Shown in pieces: positions 1 to 9,900 of a DNA stretch of 64,000 bases. The stretch spans positions 149-64,148 of the forward strand of contig JAGHUX010000023.1 of NCBI GenBank assembly GCA_018064605.1. Direction: 5' to 3'. Below the pieces are notes generated by a model. That model saw only the letters and a program-made list of their open reading frames with translations, was not told the origin of the DNA and did no database searches. The stretch is from Candidatus Limimorpha caballi (lineage in GTDB: Bacteria > Bacteroidota > Bacteroidia > Bacteroidales > F082). The translations under genes were made by a program, and so were the position numbers. Each line of letters starts with the position of its first letter. The stretch's first letter is position 1.

Positions 1-79
1 ACCTTTTTACCTAATCACCTTTTTCCCTAACCACCTGTTTACCTATTTCCCTTTTCACCTTTTCACCTTTTCACCTTTT
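1..79 (-). repeat. Tandem array of about 10 degenerate 8-bp units directly downstream of the fkp stop; it runs off the window edge
   Basis: On the plus strand, ACCT or CCCT recurs at positions 1, 9, 17, 25, 33, 41, 49, 57, 65 and 73, a strict 8-nt phase. The last three units are perfect TTTCACCT. On the fkp sense strand this reads AAAAGGTGAAAAGGTGAAAAGGTG...GGTGGTTAGG...GGTGATTAGG. Confidence 0.8.
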
Positions 80-2818
80 TTAGCTTCTCGTGGTTTGCAG
101 TCCGGTTTCGGAAAGCGACATCTCGACAAACCGCGCCTTGTTGTTGGCGGGGTTTTCTGTCAGCACTTTCTTGATTTGCGCCGCCGCGACATCGTCTTTC
201 GCCACCATGTAGATGAAGCCGCCGCCGCCGGCTCCGGGGAGTTTGTAACCGAGACAGTAATCATCGATTTTCTTTAAAATCTCCTCAACCGCCGGTGGGT
301 TTGTGCCGCTGTCGAGACGTTTGTTCTGACTCCAAGTCTTTGCTATCATCTTGCCATAACCTTGATAATCATTACGTTGTATTATATTAAAAGTCTCTTC
401 GGCGTGATGTTTCATGTCGGCGAGAAGTGCCAGATGGTCAGTCTCGTTGAGGAACATCTTCCTGACGATTTCGGAAAGAATGTTTTTTGCCGTGCGGGTG
501 ATTCCCGTATAATATAAAAGGTGGCACGGTTTGTATTCCGGCTTCGTGAAGATGTAGTCGGGCAGCCATTTAACGACGGGGGTCTGTTCAAAGCCGGGCT
601 TCGTCTCAAGTAGTTTCGCTCCGTGGAAAACACCGCCGTATTGGTCTTGCCAGCCGCCGCCGGTGGTGAGCAACTGCTCCAATATCAATGTCTTGTTGCA
701 GATGACGGTCTTGTCCCAGCCGAGTTTGCAGAAGTCGGAGATGGCGGCGAGCACCGTTGACGAGAGCACCGATGAGGTTCCGAGGCCGCTGCCGGCTGGT
801 ATCGCGGACAGGAGAGTTATCTCCATGCCGCAGCCGAAATCGCGGAGTTGCTGCTCCAGTGTTTTGTATTTTTTCTGGCAGAAACACGGCATGAAGCCAG
901 CCAATGCCAAAGCCGCCTTCGGGATGCTGAACGGCGAGCCTACTTTCTTGAAATCGCCGAGTTCGTCGAATGTGGTGACATCTTCTCTCGCGCCCAAGTC
1001 GATGGACCTCAATACTATATGAAATTCATCCGATGGTTTTACGTAAACCTGTATCGGCTGTTGTCCGTTGAGTTCGATGGCGATGTTGACCACCGAGCCG
1101 CCTTCCATGAGACAGTATGGCGGCGTGTCGGTCCAGCCGCCGGCGAGGTCTATGCGCACCGGCGAACGGCTCCACACAATCTGGTCGGAATAGACGTCAC
1201 ACCGCGGCATCTGTAGGTCGCAGCGAGCCGAAGCAGTAAGACCTTCCTGAAGAAGACCGAACGCCTTCGATTCCTCCGCCTTGAAATCCACGCCTTTATG
1301 CTGATTGATCCTGGCACGAAGACTGCTGTTATGAATCCTCTTCATAACATCTTCGTTTTCTGTGAGTTCGGCGGGTGAATCGATGCCGAACCTCACATAT
1401 TTCGATGCTACATCATCCAAATCAAGACTGTAGAAAACGCTTCTGTCGTGATTTCTCTCAAGCACCGGCAGGTTCTTGCGCATGAACGCCTCACGCTGCG
1501 CAAACAGCCTCTTGAGGTTGGCCTTGTTCAAGATTTCCTCTGCGGAAATATATTCAGTGTGAAGTTTTAAGAGTGAAGAGTGAAGTTTTGGGGGTTCGAT
1601 GTCAAAGACGCTTTTCACGTATTCACCCATTTCCTCGATGTCGTCGAAGACAGGGAACGCCGCCGCATTGAACGGGTCGGCGTCTTCAGCCGCATTGACA
1701 TATTTGAAAGGCTCATTGAAATCATACGGACGGACCGCAAACGACTTCTCGCCAATCGGGATGATGTCGAGGCAGTCGCCCGGGTTCAACGTCACATCCC
1801 ATTGATTTTCAGGCACGCCGGTGATGATGTTCTTGTTTGTAATCTTCCAGCCCTTGCTCACGCAGCTGTTTTCAATCCAGATGTCGGAGTTTTCGGAGGT
1901 GAACTGTATCTCCGTGACACAATTTTGCGTGAAAATCGCCGGATGCGGCTTCACTTTATGATGATAAATCTTGTTCTGGTCGTTGACGAGGTTCTGCACG
2001 GCGAGTGTTGACGACACGAGTTCGCGGCTTGTGCCGTAATGGTAGAACTCGCCGCCATCGAGCAGCATTATCTTGACGGTCAGGGTGTTGAGTTCTGTGT
2101 CTTTCAGTTCGGGGTTTTTCCCGAGGCAGCGTCCGAAGTCGGAGTAGAGGTCGTAGTATCTTATGTTTCCGTTTTCGTCCTTCGAGCGTTTTGCGAGCAT
2201 CGCCACGGCCCTGTCGCTCAGCAGCCACAGCCCGATGTCCATCATATAGACGTGGGTCTTGACGAGTTCGTCGATCTGTTCGAGGGTCGGTTTCTGAAGC
2301 ATCTTGTCGAGTTCCGTCGGGTTGTCGCGGCGCATTGCGAAGACGCCGTGGTTTTTTGCTATTGACGGATCGACCCACACGCCGTAGCAAATCACGTCGG
2401 CTTCAGGCACTTCCTGCGGCTGCCCGTCGGTGCGGATGAAGACATCGCCGCTGGCGATCAGAGTGTTGACGGTGGCTGGTGTCTTCTCCATAATCTTCTT
2501 GTAGAGAGGCAGTTGCAGCGAGAGCAGGTCTTGGCTGATCTTCTGTCCGCGACCCCAGCGGAACACCGGAATCGGGGTCAGGATTTTGCCTGAAGTGGAA
2601 TACGACGGCAGCCTCCTCGACTCGCCGCCGGCGTGGATGAGGATTTTCTTGTCGTCAAACGGGAACTTCTCAAGCAGCCACGTGGATCCGCCGCCGGAGC
2701 CGATGCGGTGGCCTGTCGGGTCGGAGGTGCAGAAATATTCTTCTTTTGAAAGACCTGTTATTTCATGGAAAGAATTGACCAAATTCGGCGGAAGTGAGAG
2801 TAAAATCCTCATAATCAA
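80..2818 (-). CDS. fkp: Bifunctional L-fucokinase / fucose-1-phosphate guanylyltransferase (Fkp)
   Basis: 912-aa ORF. It has an N-terminal nucleotidyltransferase-like half and a C-terminal GHMP-kinase half with the motif PAGSGLGTSS. Size and layout match Bacteroides Fkp. Confidence 0.85.
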   Translation of the reverse strand: MIMRILLSLPPNLVNSFHEITGLSKEEYFCTSDPTGHRIGSGGGSTWLLEKFPFDDKKILIHAGGESRRLPSYSTSGKILTPIPVFRWGRGQKISQDLLSLQLPLYKKIMEKTPATVNTLIASGDVFIRTDGQPQEVPEADVICYGVWVDPSIAKNHGVFAMRRDNPTELDKMLQKPTLEQIDELVKTHVYMMDIGLWLLSDRAVAMLAKRSKDENGNIRYYDLYSDFGRCLGKNPELKDTELNTLTVKIMLLDGGEFYHYGTSRELVSSTLAVQNLVNDQNKIYHHKVKPHPAIFTQNCVTEIQFTSENSDIWIENSCVSKGWKITNKNIITGVPENQWDVTLNPGDCLDIIPIGEKSFAVRPYDFNEPFKYVNAAEDADPFNAAAFPVFDDIEEMGEYVKSVFDIEPPKLHSSLLKLHTEYISAEEILNKANLKRLFAQREAFMRKNLPVLERNHDRSVFYSLDLDDVASKYVRFGIDSPAELTENEDVMKRIHNSSLRARINQHKGVDFKAEESKAFGLLQEGLTASARCDLQMPRCDVYSDQIVWSRSPVRIDLAGGWTDTPPYCLMEGGSVVNIAIELNGQQPIQVYVKPSDEFHIVLRSIDLGAREDVTTFDELGDFKKVGSPFSIPKAALALAGFMPCFCQKKYKTLEQQLRDFGCGMEITLLSAIPAGSGLGTSSVLSSTVLAAISDFCKLGWDKTVICNKTLILEQLLTTGGGWQDQYGGVFHGAKLLETKPGFEQTPVVKWLPDYIFTKPEYKPCHLLYYTGITRTAKNILSEIVRKMFLNETDHLALLADMKHHAEETFNIIQRNDYQGYGKMIAKTWSQNKRLDSGTNPPAVEEILKKIDDYCLGYKLPGAGGGGFIYMVAKDDVAAAQIKKVLTENPANNKARFVEMSLSETGLQTTRS

Positions 2819-2825
2819 AATATTA

Positions 2826-4196
2826 TTATTTCATTGCGATTGTCTCGCCTTCTTCGAGTCCTTCTGTGCTTTCTTTCTGGAAAATCACTTTCAGAGTAAG
2901 GAGAATCAATTGAATATCAAGGAGAATGGAAGCGTTTCCGACATAAATCATGTCGAGCTTCAGTTTGTCAACGAAAGTGGTGTTGTATTTCCCGTAAACC
3001 TGGGCGTAGCCTGTCAGGCCAGCTTTCACATAAAGCCTGTATCGGAATTCGGGCATCTGCTTGCAGTATTCATCGGCGATTTCGGGGCGTTCGGGGCGCG
3101 GACCGACGATGCTCATGTCGCCTTTCAGGACGTTGAAAAACTGCGGCAGCTCATCGATTCTGCAAGCGCGGATGAAACGTCCAACGGGTGTGATGCGCTC
3201 GTCGTTTTCGATGGCGAGACGTGCCTTGCCGTCATTCTCAGCATTTTGTATCATGCTGCGGAACTTTATGATTTTGAATATCTTGCCGCCCTTTGTATAA
3301 CGTGTCTGCCTGTAGAAGACAGGCCCTTTGTCGTAAGAGAATATGGCAGCGGCGATGGCAATCATTATCGGCGATGTGATGATGATTCCAACGGTTGAGA
3401 TGAAAATGTCGCCGATGCGCTTCACTATTCTTTCAAAAACGGACATGGCATTGTTTTTGTAAAAATACAACGGCGTGTCAAGCAGATGCGAATATTTTGA
3501 ATTTTTGTTTATTATGTCAATGATTGACGGTACGAAATAAACCTTCTTTTCCTTTGAATAACAAATGTTCTGGATGATTTCCCGCCTGTCAGCCGGAATG
3601 TCGTCAATCATCACGAGGTCGAAATTGTCTATGTGCCTGATGATGTTCTCCATCGTGTCAAAACAGCTGACCCTGTCTTTTATCACATAGTTCAGATGCT
3701 GATTAAGAAAACGTTTTGAAATGTTGTCGTTCTCGTCGGCATAGATATGAAGCAGTTCGTAAGGATTGAAAAGTTTGTGATAAATGTTCATCACAACTAT
3801 TGTGAAGAAAAAGACGAAGACGACCTGTGCTATATACATCTTGAAGAAACTCAACACGATAGCCGGTATCAGAATCACTCTGCCTATGAGCATTATCACA
3901 AACAGAATCTGCATTAACGACGCGCAAAGAAGTGCGATTGTCTGCGATATGATGATATTTGTCTTTGTGTAAATGCCGAGTTTGAAACCGCCGAAGACAC
4001 TCATGAAAAGCAGCACGAAAACCATGTAGATGCCTATGACGAGGAAATTCCCTTTCAGGAGGAAGCTCGTGTAAAGCAACGGATTGAGGCTTTTGTACCA
4101 AATGTATGCGAAAGAAAGCACCACGAACAAAGTCGTGATGACGTTGCAGATGCTGCGGAAAGGGTATTTCAGTGATTTTTTTGAGATTTTAGCCAT
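2826..4196 (-). CDS. Polyprenyl-phosphate glycosyl-1-phosphate transferase (WbaP/CpsE-like initiating sugar transferase)
   Basis: Several N-terminal TM helices. The C-terminal bacterial sugar transferase domain carries DELPQFFNVLKGDMSIVGPRPERPE. Confidence 0.85.
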   Translation of the reverse strand: MAKISKKSLKYPFRSICNVITTLFVVLSFAYIWYKSLNPLLYTSFLLKGNFLVIGIYMVFVLLFMSVFGGFKLGIYTKTNIIISQTIALLCASLMQILFVIMLIGRVILIPAIVLSFFKMYIAQVVFVFFFTIVVMNIYHKLFNPYELLHIYADENDNISKRFLNQHLNYVIKDRVSCFDTMENIIRHIDNFDLVMIDDIPADRREIIQNICYSKEKKVYFVPSIIDIINKNSKYSHLLDTPLYFYKNNAMSVFERIVKRIGDIFISTVGIIITSPIMIAIAAAIFSYDKGPVFYRQTRYTKGGKIFKIIKFRSMIQNAENDGKARLAIENDERITPVGRFIRACRIDELPQFFNVLKGDMSIVGPRPERPEIADEYCKQMPEFRYRLYVKAGLTGYAQVYGKYNTTFVDKLKLDMIYVGNASILLDIQLILLTLKVIFQKESTEGLEEGETIAMK

Positions 4197-5017
4197 TGTT
4201 TGCTTCTGATGCTGTTTTTTATTGTTTTTTTAATATATGAAGGTAAGAATACCAAAAACAGATAAACGTATGATTTTAGCGTAGAAAACCCGAATATTTC
4301 CTGATAAATCAAAGCGTTATAGCGTAATAGCACGCCTTTGTTTTTTGAAATGGAGTTGTTCCTCTTTCGATAAATTGCGAGAGGCTCCTGCACGCCAATC
4401 CCGTACCCGCATTTTTTCAGGATGTTCAGGAACAACGCCCAGTCTTGCCTTTTTCTCATCAAAGGGAAAAAGAATTTTCCGTAAGGTTTGGTGTCGTAAA
4501 TACCTGTAAGACAGCCTATTTTATTGTCCTTCTTTGTTTCCGAAAGAGTTGTTTTTCTCGGTGCCGTCACAATCCCGGTTATGTTGTCGTCTTCATCGCA
4601 TGTAAGGTATTCTGAGAAGCACAGACAACAATTCTTCTCATTCATGACGGCGAGTTGTTTTTCGATTTTGTCAGGCATCCAGCGGTCGTCGCTGTCGCAG
4701 AATGCTATGTAACGTCCTTTTGCTTCTTCGACAGATTTGTTTCGGGCGTTTCCGGCACCCTTGTTTTCTGGCAGGTAAAAAACTCTTACACGTTTGTCTT
4801 TTTTTCTGTAAAATTCCAGAATGTCAACAACTTCGTGATTTGAAGAGCAGTCGTCAGTTATGAGAAGCTCTATGTTATGATAAGTCTGTTGCAGCACACT
4901 TTCTATGCTGTCGGCGATAAAACGGCTCTCATTGTAAGTAGGCATGATTACCGAGACAAGTTCCAGCTCCGTCGTCGATGTATTGTCGTGTGCTGTGTCT
5001 TTGGCCGAACTGTTCAT
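4169..5017 (-). CDS. Glycosyltransferase family 2
   Basis: Contains VSVIMPTYNESRFI, ITDDCS and CDSDD motifs. Start is placed at MNSSAKD (ATG at 5017), which forms an ATGA overlap with the upstream stop at 5014; the ORF-track start at 5104 would overlap 90 nt. Confidence 0.85.
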   Translation of the reverse strand: MNSSAKDTAHDNTSTTELELVSVIMPTYNESRFIADSIESVLQQTYHNIELLITDDCSSNHEVVDILEFYRKKDKRVRVFYLPENKGAGNARNKSVEEAKGRYIAFCDSDDRWMPDKIEKQLAVMNEKNCCLCFSEYLTCDEDDNITGIVTAPRKTTLSETKKDNKIGCLTGIYDTKPYGKFFFPLMRKRQDWALFLNILKKCGYGIGVQEPLAIYRKRNNSISKNKGVLLRYNALIYQEIFGFSTLKSYVYLFLVFLPSYIKKTIKNSIRSKQWLKSQKNH

Positions 5018-5838
5018 CTGAGAAAATTTTTCATTGCTCCGCCGATGCGTGTCAGGAGAAGAATGGAATTGTACTTGAAAGGGGATTTGAAAAACACGCC
5101 GCAATATTTCGATGAAATTCTAAGGAATTTGGCGACACCGTCTGTGTGCGACCGTTTTGATGTCGTTGCGGAGTTTTTTCTTATCCTGCGAAAATATATT
5201 GCCGTGCTGTCTGAGCATTTCATGCCGCTGATGTTTTTGGAAATGGTGAACATGAAAAGGGCGTCTTCCGACAGTTTCAGGTCTGTTGAGAAACGTGTGG
5301 TTCCTATGAGTTCTGTCGGCAGCAGTTTGGCGACGCATACCGAGAGATACGAACGTGCGTCCAAAGGTGAGACAACACCTTTTTCATACAGATGTTTGAA
5401 TGCTTCCGTGACATAATATGGCTGCACGCTGTTGTCATCGTCAGAGAATGAAATCATGTTGCTCATCGGGATGATGCCGTTTTCAGCTATCGGCAGCATC
5501 TTTTCCAAGAAACATTCCGAAAGGTAATCGTCGTCGTCGAGGAAGGTGATGTAGCGTCCTTTTGCGTTCTCGATGCCTATGTTGCGGGCGTTGGATACTC
5601 CGGCGACATCAGTCTGCAGGACTTTTATTATATTGCCTTCGAGATTCTCATTTGCGAAATTGATGATGTCGGAATAAAACGGTTCTTTGCATCCGTTGAG
5701 AATCAAGATTATCTCGAATCTATCCTTCTCGAAGGTCTGGCTTTTCAAAGAAGTCAGACACTGCCAGATGTAACCTTCAGGTTTATAAGAAGGTATGATT
5801 ACCGATATGTCGATTTCGTTTTCTTTCATTTCATCCAA
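5014..5838 (-). CDS. Glycosyltransferase family 2
   Basis: Contains ISVIIPSYKPEGYI and FLDDDDY motifs typical of the GT-A fold. Confidence 0.85.
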   Translation of the reverse strand: MDEMKENEIDISVIIPSYKPEGYIWQCLTSLKSQTFEKDRFEIILILNGCKEPFYSDIINFANENLEGNIIKVLQTDVAGVSNARNIGIENAKGRYITFLDDDDYLSECFLEKMLPIAENGIIPMSNMISFSDDDNSVQPYYVTEAFKHLYEKGVVSPLDARSYLSVCVAKLLPTELIGTTRFSTDLKLSEDALFMFTISKNISGMKCSDSTAIYFRRIRKNSATTSKRSHTDGVAKFLRISSKYCGVFFKSPFKYNSILLLTRIGGAMKNFLR

Positions 5839-7003
5839 TCAATTCGTCGCGCAACACGTCGAGGAATCCGTGGCCGTATTTGAGGTCGGGTTCGATGTAG
5901 TTGCCTTCGCCCCACTCATTCCACGAACGCAGGAAAATGATCTTGTGCTCGTCTTGTTTTCCCGACACGATGTCCAATGCGTCAACGAGGTGCTTGCGGA
6001 AGTTTTCCGGCGTCGCGTTGACATAGACGTCGTCGCATGTCCCGACGCGCGGGCTTTTGTCCCATTGCGGCAGGACTGTGGGGAAGATGTTCTCCCATTT
6101 GTCTTCCGGGGCGAAGAAATATTTTATGCTTTTCTCGTATTTGAAGACATTAGGTTTCATGAAAGGGAAGAGTTCCCTGAGTTTTTTCTGCGCCAGACGG
6201 CGGTATTTGCCAGTGTAAATCATCTCCGAACGCAGCTTGCCGAAGGAGTTTATCGCGTCAAATCCGATAGAGAGAATATTTTCATATACGTTTTTGCTGC
6301 TCTTGAGGTCGGGCATGATGTTCTTCTCAAGCGTGCCGTCTTCTTTTCGGCGTATGGTGCTGGTGTTGTTGGCGAGGGCGATGAAATAAATGCCTTTCAG
6401 TCCGTTCTCCTCCGCGAGTTTCCGCCACAGTTCGATGAAATGTTTGACATCACGGAATTTGTAGGGGTCGAAGATGGCGAAGACAGGTTTCCCGTCAACG
6501 GTGATGTAACGTTTGTCCTTAAAGGCCTTCAGCACATAGTTGAAATGATTGATGTAATCCTCGTCGCCCGGGTAAGTCTGTTCGGCGATCATAGTGATGG
6601 TCGTTTTCCTGTCGGCCTGCTGCCAAGTCTGCGTCGTCCAGTCGTGGTTCGCCCAGCAGAGGCAGAACGGGAAATCAGGTTTGCCGCTGTTCAGCACCTC
6701 GTCGAAGGGGCGGTCGAGCAGACGTTTCCCGTTGCCGAACCAGTAATGCCAGTAGCAGAATCCTTCGATGCCCGCTTCCCTCGCCATTTCAGCCTGCGCC
6801 TCGCGCACTTCAGGGAGACGGAGGTCGTAGAAACCGAGGTCGGCCGGCACTCTCGGCTGGTTGTGGTTTCTGAAAAGAGGCTTCGCCTTCGCCACGTTGG
6901 TCCATTCTGTGAATCCTTTCCCCCAGAACCTGTCGTTTTCCGGAATCGGATAAAACTGAGGGAGATAGTATGCGATTACACGCGCTTTTGTGTTGCTGCT
7001 CAT
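5831..7003 (-). CDS. WbsX-family glycosyltransferase-like protein
   Basis: The N-terminal signature AYYLPQFYPIPENDRFWGKGFTEWTNV is characteristic of the WbsX family. Start chosen at MSSNTKA (7003), 8 nt after the upstream stop; the longer ORF start at 7075 would overlap the upstream gene. Confidence 0.7.
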   Translation of the reverse strand: MSSNTKARVIAYYLPQFYPIPENDRFWGKGFTEWTNVAKAKPLFRNHNQPRVPADLGFYDLRLPEVREAQAEMAREAGIEGFCYWHYWFGNGKRLLDRPFDEVLNSGKPDFPFCLCWANHDWTTQTWQQADRKTTITMIAEQTYPGDEDYINHFNYVLKAFKDKRYITVDGKPVFAIFDPYKFRDVKHFIELWRKLAEENGLKGIYFIALANNTSTIRRKEDGTLEKNIMPDLKSSKNVYENILSIGFDAINSFGKLRSEMIYTGKYRRLAQKKLRELFPFMKPNVFKYEKSIKYFFAPEDKWENIFPTVLPQWDKSPRVGTCDDVYVNATPENFRKHLVDALDIVSGKQDEHKIIFLRSWNEWGEGNYIEPDLKYGHGFLDVLRDELIG

Positions 7004-7010
7004 AATAATG

Positions 7011-9881
7011 TTAAAATGCTCGGATTGCCCTGACTTTTGCGATATAGAATTTTTCCTGTGCGATAATTTCTCCATTTATCACGAACCATGCTTCTTCTGA
7101 ATTTCTTTCACTGCTTGTCCAGTATTTACTTCTTAAAATAATATCACCGCCGTTTTTGTACAGTGCGGCACTGATAGGGCCTGTTTCCCCGAGGTTTTTG
7201 TTTGCCGTGGAGATAAGCCTCGACAACTCGCCGATACTTGGAAGATACCATTCGGGACCATATTCCCTGCATATTGAAGCCGCCATGCGTTCGCCTGCCA
7301 TATTCTTCGTGATGATGTCGGTTTCTTTGGCGCCGCGTTCAACTTCCAACCCTCGTGCGCGGATGGAATTTCCGAATGCTATCACAAAACCGTTTTCTGC
7401 CTCCTCATCGGGAACCTTTACTTCGTCGCCTGGTTCGTTGGCTAATTCTTCAATATCTGATACCGAAGTGCTCCAACGTGCCGTCGTTTCGGTCATGCTG
7501 ACGACGAGTCCGTGTCCGTTGCCGTCATCATAAAAAACGATGCCTTCAGAGCCGTCGTCGAATTTCATGAGCGTGCCTATCATCGAATTGTCTTTTGGGT
7601 CGATGTGTTCTTCGTAGTTATATACAGGAATGCCTTTAAAAGTGTTGTTCTCGAGATCCACTTTCTCTGTGACATGTGTCGAATAAACGGCATAACATTC
7701 GTTGTCGTACTCTTCGTTGACGGCCGTGAAAGTGTTGTCTTCCAGAATCAAATCGGTCAGGCCGGCGATGTATATTCCGTCATTTCTGTAGTAACTCTTG
7801 TCGATGAAGAAGTTGGAGGATAAAATAATGGCTTTTTGGCAATCTTTCAACTCTATGCCGATGTTGTTGTCTTTAAAAATGGCGTTGAAGACCTTCGGCT
7901 CGTTTATATTGTTGAAGTTGATAGTGTTGGCCGCGATTCCACGGTGGAAACCACTAAAGATTGTTCTGGTTCTTTTTCCGTCACGACTGCTGCCTACGGT
8001 GAAGTCGCTGTCGTTGGCTTCAATACCGACTGAAAATTCCGACATTTTATCGTTCTTTGTTTTTTGCAGGAATTGGCATCCGTAGAATTTCAGGCCTCTT
8101 ACTTCATAAAGGTCAACGTGCTTGTAGAACATCTCCGTCCCGATGTAGTCGGCGTTGACTTCAAACTCGCAGTTGTCGAACCATGCGTTGTAGTCGGCGG
8201 GCCTGAAGGTGTTCGGATCGACATTCTTATAGTTTTCGGCATGTATCGCCCTCGTATTGTTGATGAAACGGGAGTTTTCAGCATGAATGATGCCGCCTTT
8301 CTTGAACCAGTCTTCGGGGTCTCCGAGGTCAATGCCGATGATGGCGTTCTTAATCGTCGCATTGTGAAGCTCGATGTATCCCTGCTGATATACGCCATTG
8401 ATTTTAAACTGGTGCAGTATGTTTGTGCCGTGAACCTGTATGCCGGGCCATTGTCTGACGCCGTTCGTCATGTCGGCATCAATGGTGGCGTTTTCGATGA
8501 CGAGTACACCTCCTCTGCGCACGATGATTCGTGAATCCGGATCGACATAGACGTTGCAGTCTTTGATAGTCAGTTTGCAGCCGTTTTCGATGATGCATGA
8601 GTCGGATAGTATCGTGTCGTTGACCCATACCGTCTCGGATGTTATGGTGTGGTCTTCAAATTCGAGTGTCACACGCTCGTCCTTGACTGTGGTCAACGAG
8701 TTGTCGTATTGCGAGTCAACGATGATTTCACGTTTCACATGTTTCTGCTCGTTGAAAATCGATCTGTATGGGATGTATCTGTCGTAGATGTGTGAGCCTT
8801 CGCACAATGAATTTTGGTTTCTGCAATATTTTATCGTCACGACACCGAAGAACGAAATCACCGTGAGTATCGCCAATGTTAGTCCGCTTTTGTTTTTTGC
8901 GATGTCGTCTCTGTTGTCAAGCAGGGTGTTCGCCATATAGACGAGCATGAATGGAATCAGGTAGTCGTTGAAACGTCCGATCACGTTGTGGAAAAGGCTT
9001 CCGAACTGTATGATGACCATCATCATCGCGGCGACGCCGAAACGTCTGTCGTTGTCATATCCGAAGACGTGCCTGATAAGCATCACACCCAAAATCGGGA
9101 TGCATATTGTCAATTGGTCAAAGAGATAGTATTTTGACAACTGCGGCATGCTATTGGCGTATGAATTGAGCCTTGACATCAGATAATACCTGAATCCCGT
9201 AGTCGCCTGTATGTTAACAGATTCTATAATGGATTTTATATTGATGAGGCAGGCCATCAGCAGGATGACAACGCCCGTCACAATACAGAAGATGAAATTC
9301 TCTTTTTTGATGAATCTGAAGAGTGGAACAATGAAAAGAAACGCTGCGGATATATGGAATCCCACCGCTATCAGCGAAAGCAGGAAATACCAGTGATATT
9401 TTTTCTTTTCGAGGAAGGGATAGGCTTCGAGGAACAAAGCCACGCACAAGGCCGAACGCAGAGTCTCGGTGTTGTAGAAAAGATAATATCCGACGAAATA
9501 AACCAAGAGTACTGCAAAGAAATGCTTGGAATAACGCTTGAAGAACCTGAAGAACGCAAGGTTTACGAGAAGAGCCTGCACAATCTGGAAGACGTAGAAA
9601 TTGTCGCCGAGTGACTTGAAAATGGCGTTGTACACATACCATAACGGCATGTAGTATGCTCCTTTGAAGTTGAATGTGAAAATCTTAACGACGTTGGGAT
9701 ATGTGTTGAAATGAATCATATAGCCGAGAGTGTCGCCTCCGACCCTGTAACGCAGACCCGCGATGAGGGTCAGCGCCGACAGACAGATATAATACCAGAG
9801 TTTCTCGTTTCCGTTTTTCTTGAGGATGTCAAATCTGACAAAAGGAATCAGGATGAGGACTAATGCTGCTAAATAAACCAT
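7011..9881 (-). CDS. EpsG-type (Wzy-like) polysaccharide polymerase fused to a roughly 600-aa extracytoplasmic parallel beta-helix region with a DUF1566-like C-terminus
   Basis: Residues 1 to about 352 are polytopic with EpsG-like features (GLRYRVGGDTLGY near the N-terminus, about 10 TM helices). Residues from about 353 to 860 contain repeated N/D/G-rich beta-helix-like turns (IENATID, LHNATIKNAIIGIDL, AENSRFINNTRAI, FKDNNIGIEL, LEDNTFT, LENNTFKG). The last 90 aa (EWYLPSIGEL...YWTSSE...AW) resemble DUF1566. Confidence 0.7.
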   Translation of the reverse strand: MVYLAALVLILIPFVRFDILKKNGNEKLWYYICLSALTLIAGLRYRVGGDTLGYMIHFNTYPNVVKIFTFNFKGAYYMPLWYVYNAIFKSLGDNFYVFQIVQALLVNLAFFRFFKRYSKHFFAVLLVYFVGYYLFYNTETLRSALCVALFLEAYPFLEKKKYHWYFLLSLIAVGFHISAAFLFIVPLFRFIKKENFIFCIVTGVVILLMACLINIKSIIESVNIQATTGFRYYLMSRLNSYANSMPQLSKYYLFDQLTICIPILGVMLIRHVFGYDNDRRFGVAAMMMVIIQFGSLFHNVIGRFNDYLIPFMLVYMANTLLDNRDDIAKNKSGLTLAILTVISFFGVVTIKYCRNQNSLCEGSHIYDRYIPYRSIFNEQKHVKREIIVDSQYDNSLTTVKDERVTLEFEDHTITSETVWVNDTILSDSCIIENGCKLTIKDCNVYVDPDSRIIVRRGGVLVIENATIDADMTNGVRQWPGIQVHGTNILHQFKINGVYQQGYIELHNATIKNAIIGIDLGDPEDWFKKGGIIHAENSRFINNTRAIHAENYKNVDPNTFRPADYNAWFDNCEFEVNADYIGTEMFYKHVDLYEVRGLKFYGCQFLQKTKNDKMSEFSVGIEANDSDFTVGSSRDGKRTRTIFSGFHRGIAANTINFNNINEPKVFNAIFKDNNIGIELKDCQKAIILSSNFFIDKSYYRNDGIYIAGLTDLILEDNTFTAVNEEYDNECYAVYSTHVTEKVDLENNTFKGIPVYNYEEHIDPKDNSMIGTLMKFDDGSEGIVFYDDGNGHGLVVSMTETTARWSTSVSDIEELANEPGDEVKVPDEEAENGFVIAFGNSIRARGLEVERGAKETDIITKNMAGERMAASICREYGPEWYLPSIGELSRLISTANKNLGETGPISAALYKNGGDIILRSKYWTSSERNSEEAWFVINGEIIAQEKFYIAKVRAIRAF

Positions 9882-9900
9882 AAATTGTAGAATGTATTTG

